Assembly: GCF_001194135.2 (NCBI RefSeq)
Contig: NC_068986.1
Span: 29,757,451-29,790,474 of the forward strand
DNA length: 33,024 bases
Source: Octopus bimaculoides
Taxonomy: Eukaryota
Reading direction: 5' to 3'
The translations under genes and the position numbers were made by a program. Positions 10,650 to 22,412 of this stretch are shown here, piece by piece (position 1 is the first letter of the stretch; each line of letters opens with the position of its first letter). The notes under the pieces are model-generated. The model was not told the DNA's origin and did no database searches. It was given only the letters and a program-made list of their open reading frames with translations.

Positions 10650-11327
10650 CCTTTGCCAACATGATAGGTCACTTACAGACGCCACATAACACAACTACCC
10701 TCTTTTACTCCGTCCCCTCTATCTAGTCCCCCTCCCCTCGTCCCGCTCCTATCGTTTTACCAATGAACTCCGTGTAATCTGACTGAAAAGGCAAAAAACA
10801 AAACAAAAAAGAAGAAATACGCAAGGTAGGAGAGAAAGCGTTGGAGTCGTGGATGAGACAAACGACTATGGCGATAATGAAGGAATTATTATAAAGATGG
10901 CGGTGGTGATTACGCTGGAGATAAAAAAAAAAAAGACCCCAAAAAAACATTGATTCTTTCTTTCTAATTGGCGGCGGAAGTGATTGTGAAAAACGAAGAG
11001 TTCTGTCCAAAACGTTAGATATCCCTGCCTCCTCTTGGAATAAGACATATTCCACTGTTCGTATTATTATTGCCAACAGAAAACATCCACTCGCATTCTA
11101 GTTTCTAACGATTCTACTGTTTTATCTATTTATCTGTCTACTTCTATCTATCTAATCTATATCTCTCTGCCTGTCTGATCTATATCTGTATGCCTGTCTA
11201 ATCTATATTTGTCTGCCTGTCTAATCTATATGTCTGTCTCTGTCTAATCTATATCTATCTGATCTCTATCTATCTATCTATCGATCTATCCACTTCTGCC
11301 TATCGATCTCTCTCTCTTATATATATA

Positions 11328-11505
11328 AGTTCAAAAAAACAACAAAAAGACAACAAAGTGAGGACGTGATACGGATAGTGTTATTGGACGCTCCGGGAAA
11401 GGAAAGAGAGAGTGTATGACGTTTCGGGCGTAGCCCTTCGTCGGAAAGATGGAAAATTCGGAGAATGGAAAAACGGAGAAAGAGGAAAATGGTACCGATG
11501 CCCAC
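11328..11505 (-). mobile_element. Penelope-like element terminal fragment with a minimal hammerhead-like motif
   Basis: The minus strand reads CCGACGAAGGGCTACGCCCGAAACGTC (11418-11444), then a T-rich tail running into (TA)n. This is the layout of PLE pseudo-LTR ends. Confidence 0.55.
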
Positions 11506-11641
11506 GAGGTTACATTATATATAAATGGATTGTGTGCGCATGTGTTTTTGTATGTATGCATGTGTGTATTTGTTATTTATGTATGCATATGCATACTTAT
11601 ATACATGTCTGTATGTCTGTCTGTCTGGTAATTTCCCTATG

Positions 11642-11773
11642 TCAACCATGTTCGAGCAGACCTCTGATCAAAGGCATTCCAGCTGTGACCATCGTGCTTC
11701 ACTGTTAAAAGAAAACAAACAAAAAGAAATTTGTTGCTATTTCTAGCATTTTGAGCGACCGCTTCTGTGGCTC
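11642..11773 (-). mobile_element. SINE-like repeat, family D, internally deleted
   Basis: Reverse complement contains GCTAGAAATAGCAACAAATTTC and GATGGTCACAGCTGGAATGCCTTTGATCAGAGGTCTGCTCGA. Confidence 0.65.
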
Positions 11774-11804
11774 GAGGGTAAGTCACGTCCATGAGTTATA
11801 GTGT

Positions 11805-11847
<43 letters not shown>

Positions 11848-11964
11848 GCGGTGTTGGGGATTGAGGTGGTGGTAAAACAATAGGTTGTTGACATCGCTCA
11901 CAGCTGAGACGACACAGATGACAAACTGGGAAGTAGCCGTGTACATACTGTGACACTTGAGGGA

Positions 11965-12615
11965 GCATCTATGTGGTCATTTGATGTGCTAAAAATAGAA
12001 ACCAAATTCCCTTAAATGACATTATGCGAAGGAAAAAGCAAGAGAGACGTCCACATCATGACTTTACTCTTTTACTTGTTTCAGTCTTTTGACTGTGGCC
12101 ATGATGGAGCACCGCCTTTAGTCGAGCAAATCGCCCCTAGGACTTATTCTTTGTAAGCCTAGTACTTATTCTATCTGTCTCTTTTTGCCGAACCGCTAAG
12201 TTACGGGGACGTAAACTCACCAGCATCGGTTGTCAAACGATGTTGGGGGGACAAACACAGACACACAAACACACACACCTATATATATATAAATATATNN
12301 NNNNNNNNNNNNNNNNNNNNNNNNNNNNNNNNATATATATATATATATATATATATATATACGTATATACGACGGGATTCTTTCAGCTTCCGTCTACCAA
12401 ATCTACTCACAAGGCTTTGGTCGGCCCGAGGCTATAGTAGAAGACACTTTCCCAAGGTGCCACGCAGTGGGACTGAACCCGGAACCATGTGGTTGGTAAG
12501 CAAGCTACTTACCACACAGCCACTCCTACGCCTTAAATATTCTAAAAAATGGTCTCAGTTGAAATGCTTATGATTAGATGCCTGTTTAACCAGATCTGAC
12601 CTGGGGTTAAACATT
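11965..12615 (+). mobile_element. family D element split by the family C insertion at 12062-12532
   Basis: 5' part GTGCTAAAAATAGAAACCAAATTCCCTTAAAT lies left of the insertion; 3' part ATGGTCTCAGTTGAAATGCTTATGATTAG..GATCTGACCTGGGGTTAAAC lies right of it. Confidence 0.55.
12062..12532 (-). mobile_element. full-length SINE family C (CORE-like) with an internal (TA)n that contains an N-gap
   Basis: Minus-strand head GGCGTAGGAGTGGCTGTGTGGTAAGTAGCTTGCTTACCAACCACATGGTTCCGGGTTCAGTCCCACTGCGTGGCACCTTGGGAAAGTGTC; tail GAAACAAGTAAAAGAGTAAAG. Confidence 0.9.
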
Positions 12616-12619
12616 AGAT

Positions 12620-13150
12620 CAGGTCACACACAAATGCACAGTAACAGCTGCATCCTGTGACATGGTTATATAGAGTGACACAGCTCGCATACTGCGACAT
12701 AGATTACATAATGTAACACAGCTGTATGTTGTGACAATGGTTGTTACTGCATATGTATAAGCACGTCTGTCACTGGGTGTGCGTGTGACATAGTTGCTTG
12801 GTGTCACAACGGTTGTATTGTGTGACACAGCTTCGTACTGTGACATGGTGGTTGTATGCTGTGATACCGATGCATGTTGTAATGTGGTTGTATAATGGCA
12901 CAGTTGCATGTTGTGACGTATTTTAGTGTGACAGAACTATGTGCTGTGACAAAGACTGTATAGTGTGACACAACTGGCGGCATGTTGTGGACACGGTTGT
13001 CATGACGTGTGAATGAGTTTGTCACTATGAGTGAGTACGTGTGACACAGTTGCACGTTGTCTATCACAATGATTGTATAGTGTAACATAGCTTCATTCTG
13101 TGATACTATTGTATGGTGTGACACTTTTATGTAGTGATACAGCAAAAGAT
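12620..13150 (+). repeat. decayed ~18-19-bp minisatellite (GTTGTATAGTGTGACACA-like)
   Basis: TGTGACA recurs about ten times, with local spacings of 17-19 nt (e.g. 12927, 12946, 12964). Confidence 0.6.
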
Positions 13151-13892
13151 ACATAGTCTCTCACACCCTCTCTCTCTCTCTGACACAAGCACCCCCTCTT
13201 GCACTCACCTCTCTCTTTGTTACTTTCTCATACACATACTCTCACGCATACATGGCCTCTCAATAAGCCAATCAAACAGTCACACGCACACAGTTACATA
13301 AACCCACCCACTATCACACAGACACAGACAGAAGTACATCTCTCTCTCTCTCTCTCACTTACTCACACGCACGTACGTACAGTAACAGTTCCATAGACAC
13401 GGTGTGTGACAATAATCGAGTTACATAGATGCACACACACAGCTACGTAGACATGTCACAAGAACACTAGCAACACACTTGTCACGTATACACAGTTGTA
13501 GTTACAGAGAAACAGTGACAGCTACATATACACAGTTACACACACACAGTCTCAGAATCAGATTAGTACACATAGATACAGTTAGTCTAAAACACGGACG
13601 GACTCAGATTTACATGCATTTAGTCACTGGCGTGCACACACATACTGTGTAACTAATGCACACACAGACACAGTAACTGATATACATACACACGCAGTAA
13701 ATGATGTACACATATGCATACACACTCACACACTATCCGAGGTATACTCGTATACATGTTATCTGAACTTGACTGACAGGTAGGGAGAACAGTTGTGACA
13801 CAAGTTCTGTCTGTCTGTCTGTCCTCTCTTTCTTTCTCTCTCACACGCATACATACGTGTACAGTAACATGTTCTTACATAGACACAGCTAC

Positions 13893-13958
<66 letters not shown>

Positions 13959-14301
13959 CACACCCACAGTGATAGACCTACACACATAAAGTAACAGACT
14001 TACCACACACACACACAGTGTAACGACCTTCTCTTTCTCACACACGCGTAGTGATAATTACACAAACACATGCACTTCGCACAATCACATATACAAACGG
14101 ACATACAGCAGCACAGTGTCGCAACCACACACACACGCATACAGTACAACGATCTCATGTATTATCTACAAACACATACGCAATGATGGTACTTAATCAC
14201 ACGCAAATCATTAATATACGCACACTGAAAACTACAACCAGTGTTATAATCAATCACACACAATTATTATAATCATACAAACTCACTTCACACGCACACA
14301 C

Positions 14302-14470
14302 AATGAGCCAATGAGGAGGCCTCTTTACACGATTGCTCGACCTACAAGAAGTAGCAACCAAACTCCCGCAAATGACATTGCTGTCTTTTAAAAAGGAATA
14401 CGTTGGACAATGTAGTCTCTGATATACAAGAAGACGAGATGGTCGTGGATAGATTGCCTTCAGTCACACG
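14302..14470 (+). mobile_element. SINE-like repeat, family D
   Basis: GAGCCAATGAGGAGGCCTCTT..GCTCGACCTACAAGAAGTAGCAACCAAACTCCC..GACAATGTAGTC..GAGATGGTCGTGGATAGATTGCCTT. Confidence 0.65.
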
Positions 14471-14520
14471 CTGGCGCGATTGAATGACTAGAGGCCAAAC
14501 AACAACTGGCACCACACACG

Positions 14521-14551
<31 letters not shown>

Positions 14552-15439
14552 NNNNNNNNNNACACACATACACACACACGCAGAGTAACAGCGCTGTAAC
14601 AGGGAATCACAACGTTTGAAAGTCCCACGGTTTTTCCACTCATAGGTATAGCGTTACATATACATGCACTCATACAAACCGCAACAGCGATACATATGTG
14701 TATATATATTAACACAGACTCGTATACCGAACAACAGCGATACAAGTACGCACAGCGTCGCATCGTCGCATACAATGAAACCACAGCATGAGAGTAGAGA
14801 GCTACAGAGAGAGAGAGAGAGATACATACATACATATAGATACAGAAGCATACATAGACATAGATAGATAGATATGGATAGATATGGATAGATAGATAGA
14901 TAGATATAGATACATACCTACAGACAGATACACATACAGAGAGAGACAGACAGACAGAGCTAGCTTAATTAGAGAGCTAGATAGATAGATAGAGATGAGT
15001 GTCCCACAGCGCTGCACACACGCACAGTTCCATTACTTACAATAATCGCACAGAGAAAGCCACAACGTCACATATACATATCCATAGCAATACAAACGTA
15101 CACATTGTCACAGTACCACACACACACACACACACACAGCACCACACTATTGGATAATAATACTTCGACACAAAATGCCTGTAAAAACACAACAAAAAAC
15201 AAAACGAAAACCACCAGATGGTCACAGTTGGAGTGTCTCTGAGCAAAGATCTGCTCTAATAGGGTTGATTTACAGAGAAGCTACAATAACGGAGTATTGC
15301 ACACACGCACAGCCAGGCGCGCGCACACACACACACACACACACAGAGACACTGAATTTAATTCCTTCAAATCACACTTAAATATCTTTTTTAGAAAGTC
15401 ATAATCGAACGAGTAGATGCAGATATATTTACACGAACA

Positions 15440-15521
15440 GGCTGGATTGTCGTGGTTGGTACGCCTTTGATTCTAAGCCTGTCAAATAATCAAGACTTGA
15501 CCTGGGGTTAAAAACAGTAAC
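15440..15521 (+). mobile_element. family D 3' fragment (another fragment at about 15215-15290)
   Basis: GGATTGTCGTGGTTGGTACGCCTTTGATT..TTGACCTGGGGTTAAAAACAGTAAC. Confidence 0.5.
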
Positions 15522-15735
15522 GTGCAAATTCCCACAAGCAGCCAAATTACACACACACATACATATTTATGGGTACACATGCACACACTCATTAACGTAC
15601 AAGCACACATACCCACCAGGCGTCAGAGCTATACAGACGAACACACAGACACAGAGCGGCGTATAATAGACACACACGCATCAAAGCTAATAAACTGGTA
15701 CACACACACACATTAATGTGATAGCATAGCTGTGC

Positions 15736-15778
<43 letters not shown>

Positions 15779-16010
15779 TGTGTGTGTATCTGTAAAATGC
15801 ATTTACTATATGTACTTGTGTGTATTTGTGTATGTTACTATATGTATACATATGTACATGTAAATAACGTCTGTGTATGTATGTATATATAACACTTAGC
15901 TATGTGTGTGTGCGTGTGTCGGTTACTTTATGTATACATATCTACGTATAAATAAATGTTTATACATGTGTGTATACATATCTATCTCGCTCTCTCTCTC
16001 TGTATGTACG

Positions 16011-16049
<39 letters not shown>

Positions 16050-16799
16050 ATGTGTATATATATGTGTGTGTATGTATGTATTTACGCATGTGTGTAGCCG
16101 CTAAAGTCTACAGAAACAGACGCACTCAGTCATGCTCGCATACAGACGGAGAATGATGAGGTGAGAGGAAAGAAGAAGAAGAAGAAGAGGAAGTTATTGC
16201 GATGAGGGCGGCGGCGGTGGTGGTGGTAGCAGTGCCCAATACGGAGGAAGGGAGGGAGGTAAATAGCGAGCGAGGCAAGAAGGAGGGAGGGAGGGAGGGA
16301 GGGAGAGAGANNNNNNNNNNNNNNNNNNNNNNNNNNNNNNNNNNNNNNNNNNNNNNNNNNNNNNNNNNNNNNNNNNNNNNNNNNNNNNNNNNNNNNNNNN
16401 NNNNNNNNNNNNNNNNNNNNNNNNNNNNNNNNNNNNNNNNNNNACACACACACACACATATATATATATACACATACGTACATGTTATGTATACATATAT
16501 ATATATATATATATGTACACAGTTTATGTATACGTATTTAATGTCACACACATGTGTGTATGACACGTTGATATATATATCTTATGTATATACACACACA
16601 CACATACACATATATGTATATATGCATGTGAGTATGTTTATATCTGTATGTATATGTGTATGTGTGTGTGTGTGTGTACACATTAAAAGCTGTGGTAGAT
16701 TATGTAGTAAGGGGGTGGAGGAGGTGGTGGAGACGACGACGATGATGTTTAAACAGTTGTAGTTATGAGCCGAAGACGAAAAGCAAAAGGAAGCCGAAT

Positions 16800-16910
16800 A
16801 ACTCCGCCCACTCATCATTGATGGCTTTTTGCTCTGCCTACTTCGCTCCTTGTCAGTGTTCGAAAAAGCACGTGCTTTTGAGTGACAGCTGCGACGCCGA
16901 CCAATGAGCG
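16800..16910 (+). promoter_or_regulatory. distal promoter/enhancer-like module
   Basis: GC box CTCCGCCCA 16802-16810, palindrome AAAAGCACGTGCTTTT 16864-16879, TGAGTGACAG 16879-16888 and CCAAT 16901-16905, in a unique CpG-rich island between microsatellites. Confidence 0.45.
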
Positions 16911-17366
16911 ACGAGGAATTCACTTCACAGGCGGCCAGTGCTAGAGAGAGAGGGAAAGAGTAAGACATGTGAAGAGATATGGAAAGCGATTGATAGACAG
17001 AGGGATAAAGAGAGAGATTGAGGGGTGTGGGGGAAATGGAAAGAGTAAACATGCTCCATTTGAAAAGCTGTAAATAGTTGCCAGTGCTGTGAGAGTGACA
17101 GACAGATACTTAATAGGTAGAGAGAGAAAGATAGTGAAAGACAGAGAGTCTAGCTAGTGTGTGTGAGAGAGACTGTTAGAGAGGGTAATGTAGGAAAGGG
17201 AGAGAGTGTTAGATAGAGTAAAGAGAGCATTGCCCTTCCCTCACAACATCTCGAGATGCCGTAGAAATTTGACACTGAAGTATGGATGCCTCTGGAAAAT
17301 ATAAGAACTTTAATTACCTTTTTGAAGCCGGACTGTGTGTGTGCGTATGTACGTGTGTATGCGTGA

Positions 17367-17402
<36 letters not shown>

Positions 17403-17408
17403 GATGTT

Positions 17409-17443
<35 letters not shown>

Positions 17444-18675
17444 GTGTGTGTGTGTGTGTCTAAAAGATTGAGGAGCAGCGAGTGATTGTGTGTTTGTGTG
17501 AATAAGATGGAGGACACATATACAATATATAAATGCATATCTATGTAGATTTATTTAAACACACACACTCACACACACACATACACATAACCATGTACAC
17601 ACATAAGGGTGTCTACACGCACACAAACACACACACAGATTCTTGGTGGAAACAGAAATGAACAGATTTTTAAGGTTGTAGTGAAAAGCTAACAGCGACG
17701 ATAGCGTACATATGTATATAGATGCGTGTGTGTATATATATATATATATCCATGTGTGTGTGTGTTTAAGGGATGGTGACGTTCAGGNNNNNNNNNNNNN
17801 NNNNNNNNNNNNNNNNNNNNNNNNNNNNNNNNNNNNNNNNNNNNNNNNNNNNNNNNNNNNNNNNNNNNNNNNNNNNGGAGTAGCATTTTTTGGATCATGT
17901 TTGAAGAGTAGAGAAAAAGACCCGCCTTAGCAAATTCTGTTGTCTATTTGTCTAATACACCGCTATATATATATATATATATATAATATACTGAGTATAT
18001 ATATCTATACACACTGTGTGTGTGTGTGCTCAATTAAATATATATATATATATATATATATAAATAAGCGTATGTGCAGCACACACGCACAGCTATGAAC
18101 GCACGCGCGTTTGTGCACACCCGCACGATGAACGAGCGCGCGCGAAGACACACACGTATACATACAGGCAATTGTGTTGTTTTACATGCAAGTAAAGTAG
18201 GTGGCCCCCACTCTTATGTCTATATATTTCCTCTCACACTCTTAAAAATACATACAATAATAACAAGCTCCATAGCAATCGCAGAATAAGAAAGCCATTA
18301 TACACACATATATACACATATATATACACACATATACATACAGTCATATGTGTACATAGATTATAATTTAAATGAAATAAAATACATTTTTGTTTTTTTA
18401 TTCTTCTGTTGTTGTCCCCCCCCTTTCCGATATATATATTTTTTCCCCATTTTTATTTAGATTTTCTCTTTTTGTGGTTGTATATTTTTGTTGGTTGGCA
18501 TTTTTTTTGTTCTTTAAAAGTCTTCAACCGTTTTATTTTATTTCTATTTGTTTATATTTATTTACATATTCATTTATATATACATTTTTTCGAAAAATTC
18601 TATCGTTATTTTTTTGTATTTTACAGCGTGTGTGTGTATATATGTGTGCAATTATGAGTATGTATATATATATAT

Positions 18676-18709
<34 letters not shown>

Positions 18710-18806
18710 GCACACACTCATGTCTCCATTCTTCACCTTTTGTATAATTAAATAATTTCAGCATTAAAGGAAATACGCTTGGCTGTATAACATGTATGAG
18801 AGAACA

Positions 18807-18854
<48 letters not shown>

Positions 18855-19879
18855 CGATATGTGTATAATAGTGAGAGATAACGTGGGTATATATATGTGT
18901 ATTGAGAGAGAGAGAAACAGAAAGATGTATGGTGGTGTGCATTAAGTGTATATGAATGGTAAACACACACACACACACACACACACATAATCGCTGAAGC
19001 ACTCACTCGTATGTATATGCTTGTGTAATTGTATATGTGTGTGTGTGTGTGTGTCAATACACATAAGAGACCATTCCCAGCCAATCTGCCATAGACAGCT
19101 TCGTATTAAATCTGTGAAAGTATGTGAGCGTTCGTCTATCTATTTATATGTATGTGTACATATACGTGTCTATGTGAGTGGATATATACGTGTGTGTGTG
19201 TCTTTTTCTATATCTTTCTATTTACATGTGTATGTGTACATATGTATGTAGGCACGGAAATGAGTTAGCGTCACTACCTCTCTCTACACTATCTGCCTAT
19301 CTATTAGCTTCTCTCACTCTCCGTCGGTTCTGTCTGTGTTTTTCTTTCTCTCTCTCACGCTATATCGCCTCCCTTCCTCTGTCGTTCGACCATATATCAC
19401 CTCCCTTCCTTTCTCTCTCGCCATATATATTGCCTCCCTTCCTCTCTCATCCTCTCACTACTTGTGTGTATGTATATATATATATATGTCAATGTTTGTG
19501 TATGTCGCTGTAACAGTTTCCTAAGTACGGTAGCACTGTAATAGCCAAAGCGGTGCAAAAGAAAGAAAACCTACTTCCCCTCCATCTCCTCCTCCCTTTC
19601 TCTCTCTCTCATTTCTTCCCTCTCTTCCTCTCTCCACCTCCTTTACAATATCATTACTAGGCTCTTCTCTTCTTTTACTGTGGCGAATGGGAGGAGGCGT
19701 GTTTCTGCTTGCTTTGTCTCCCTACCTCTCACAACACCTATGCATCTATCTACTTTCCCTCCCTTCCCACAAGTCTTCACACTGCCTTTCCATTTCCGTC
19801 GTTTCCGCCTTTCCTCCCTTCCTTCGTCAGTCGTAACGAGTAGGCGCGTCCGTCGGTTCGTCATTTCGCCCGTTAGCTA

Positions 19880-20068
19880 TGATTGACAGGCAATTCTTTC
19901 ACGTGGAGCGCTAATGTATGCACACTGTCTGAGAGCGGCTGCGATCTGACTGGTCAAGAGGTTAAGTACCTGTGCATACTTAATGAGGCCACGTGGGGAG
20001 GGGTGCCCTCTTCAGTCGATTGCAGTGTTTGTTGATAGGGCCAATCAGTTGTTTCCCATATATGGGAA
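19880..20068 (+). promoter_or_regulatory. probable gro proximal promoter/enhancer
   Basis: TGATTGACAG 19880-19889, CACGTG 19900-19905 and 19990-19995, GGGGAGGGG 19995-20003, GGGCCAATCAG 20038-20048, and palindrome TTCCCATATATGGGAA 20053-20068 containing CArG CCATATATGG. Non-repetitive, CpG-containing, about 1.2 kb upstream of the ATG. Confidence 0.55.
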
Positions 20069-21053
20069 GTATATTGTTACTCAGAACTAATACCGCGTGT
20101 TGAATATTATACTGTGTGTGGCACCTTAACTGCGTGCTACAGTTTAACCAACTCCGCTAGTGTGGAAATTGGCGATACTTTTTTCTCTTTCACTCACTCG
20201 TTTCACTGCGAAAATCGGATTTTACTCGGAAAAAACAAAAGATTTGAGAGGAAAGAAGACCACCACCACTAAAAAAAAAGTTTACAAATTATATTTTTAC
20301 CAAAAAAAAAATTATGTAATATATATATATACACACATACACACAAACACATCTACCTACTTACATACATATACATATATATATATCGTGCTAGATATAT
20401 ATATTAATTTATATGGCTATGTATTTACATCATATAATAATAGCTTTATAGTCTGAAAAAAAAAAGGAAGTGTAATTAATTATATATATTTGTGTATATA
20501 TATATATATACATACATATATATATATAAATATATATTTCCTTCCAGCGACGATTACAACATCAATTATTTTCATATTTTTCTTTCCTTTTTTCTTTATT
20601 TTTTTTTCAACAACCTTATAAATCGTTTTTGTTTTTTTTTTAATCCACACCATAAATTTTGGAAATGCATTTTACACAGACTTTTCAGTTCGTTTATACA
20701 GCAATCGCTGCTATATATATAAGATAAATATATATGTATGTATCATATATATTTATCTAATATTTAAGCACCTCTGGAGTTTACCTTTTATTTCGTGCGT
20801 GTCCCGATCTCTGTGCTTTTTATTTATTTTTTTTAATTATATTTTTTACTTTTTTTTTCTTCTTAAATTCGAAAGTTCCGGATATTTAAAAAAAAAAGAA
20901 GTTACACCTTTTTATATACATATATATTAAAGAATTCAGCTGGATAAAGAAATTTTAAAAAGAAAAGGATATATATTTATTCAAAGCTCATATATATATA
21001 TTCATATATATATATATATATATATAGCTCTCGATAACAAGAAGCTCGTTAGG

Positions 21054-21083
21054 ATGGGCTGGCGTACCTTGGACGAGCTGTGA
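21054..21083 (+). promoter_or_regulatory. candidate uORF MGWRTLDEL* in strong Kozak context
   Basis: aggATGg (A at -3, G at +4), then GGC TGG CGT ACC TTG GAC GAG CTG TGA. It lies in a GC-rich patch of an otherwise AT-rich leader. It depends on the TSS being upstream. Confidence 0.4.
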
Positions 21084-21210
21084 AACCGCGGGAGAGGAGA
21101 AGAAGGAGACTCGTTCGAACGAAGACCCAGAAGGAATTTTAACTGGGCCGACATAAAAAAAAATCTTCTTTTAAAATAATCATTTACGTATTCCCACAAA
21201 AACGGATTGT

Positions 21211-21228
21211 ATGTGGTATATTGACTAA
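21211..21228 (+). promoter_or_regulatory. uORF MWYID*, 12 nt upstream of the gro ATG and in the same frame
   Basis: ATG TGG TAT ATT GAC TAA. There is no AG dinucleotide between about 21134 and 21240, so it cannot be spliced out by a nearby acceptor. Confidence 0.6.
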
Positions 21229-21240
21229 ATATTTACCAAT

Positions 21241-21261
21241 ATGTATCCAAACCGGCATCCA
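21241..21261 (+). CDS. gro: groucho/TLE coding exon 1 (MYPNRHP)
   Basis: ATG TAT CCA AAC CGG CAT CCA is followed by the donor GTAAGT at 21262. It matches the MYP..RHP N-terminus of Gro/TLE proteins. There is an in-frame TAA at 21226-21228 upstream and an A at -3. It splices in phase 0 to exon 2. Confidence 0.9.
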
Positions 21262-21740
21262 GTAAGTGTTCATTTTTTTGTAATTGTGTCTTAATTTGTT
21301 TTACCATGTCGTGTGAGTGAACTATTATTTCATTTAATATACATACATAACATACACACACACACATATATATATATAATATATATATATTTATGTCTGT
21401 GTGTGTGTGTGTGTATATATATATATACAAACATTAGACTGATAACAAAGTCCAGTGTATATATAACTTTAACTGTTATTATACTAATACACTAATTAAT
21501 TTAATTGCCGGGTTTTGGTTGTTCAAAACCTAATTTCACATAATATTATCGAGTTTGTTTCCCCCACTGGTAATTTTTATATATATTTTTCAAGTTTGTG
21601 TAAAAATAACTTTCCTCCCCTAAAATATCCTTTTGTTTTTTAATACATAAACCTACAACCATGATTACGAATATATATATAGGTAGATATATTGTGCGAT
21701 TTAAATTGCATGACATAACGAGTGTTTAGAACTCCATGTG

Positions 21741-21775
<35 letters not shown>

Positions 21776-22211
21776 CTTGAAGAGAAGGAAGTATATTTAA
21801 TCCAAGTTTCCTTTTTATTAATCTCCTCACAAATGTGTGTGCGTACAAATATATATATATATACACACACACATACATTGATCTAACTATTGTACTGTCT
21901 GTTAAGTTGTGCCCTTTATTTTGCGTTCGTCTCTGTGAATGAGCACTACATGGTGTGTGTGTGTGTGTCCCTTAATGTATGGAACTATGGTGAGAGCCTT
22001 GTGCCCCATTTCAGGAAATCCGTTTTCAGTCCACATGCTTCTTCTCTTGTCTCTCTCTCTCTCTCTCTCTCTCCCTTTCTCGTTCTGTTCCCTCTATCTT
22101 TTAAAATGAGTTGATGACCACATGCTGAAACTTGGAGATTATTTCAGAAATCTGGGTCCTCTCACGCTCCTGCTTTCTCTCATATAATCCTTAATGACTA
22201 CACATGTTCAC

Positions 22212-22259
<48 letters not shown>

Positions 22260-22412
22260 AAGATATACATACATTTTTCTTAAAGCTTCCTGTAGTTTTT
22301 GACCGTCTTTTAACTTTTGTGTTGGGAGTTCTGTTTGTGGTAATTATACAATAAAAATATTTAATTAATCATTAGTTTCTTTACACCACCATCATCATTA
22401 TCATTTATTATC

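Larger units (their letters stand above)
2211..17876. other. assembly gaps at 2211-2337, 6923-7064, 8202-8211, 12299-12332, 14552-14561, 16311-16443 and 17788-17876
   Basis: Runs of N, most of them bordered by simple repeats. Confidence 0.99.

Noticed and set aside
9295-13150. CRISPR-like repeat-spacer organisation in the satellites
   Set aside because: Eukaryotic context, degenerate units, no unique spacers and no cas genes.
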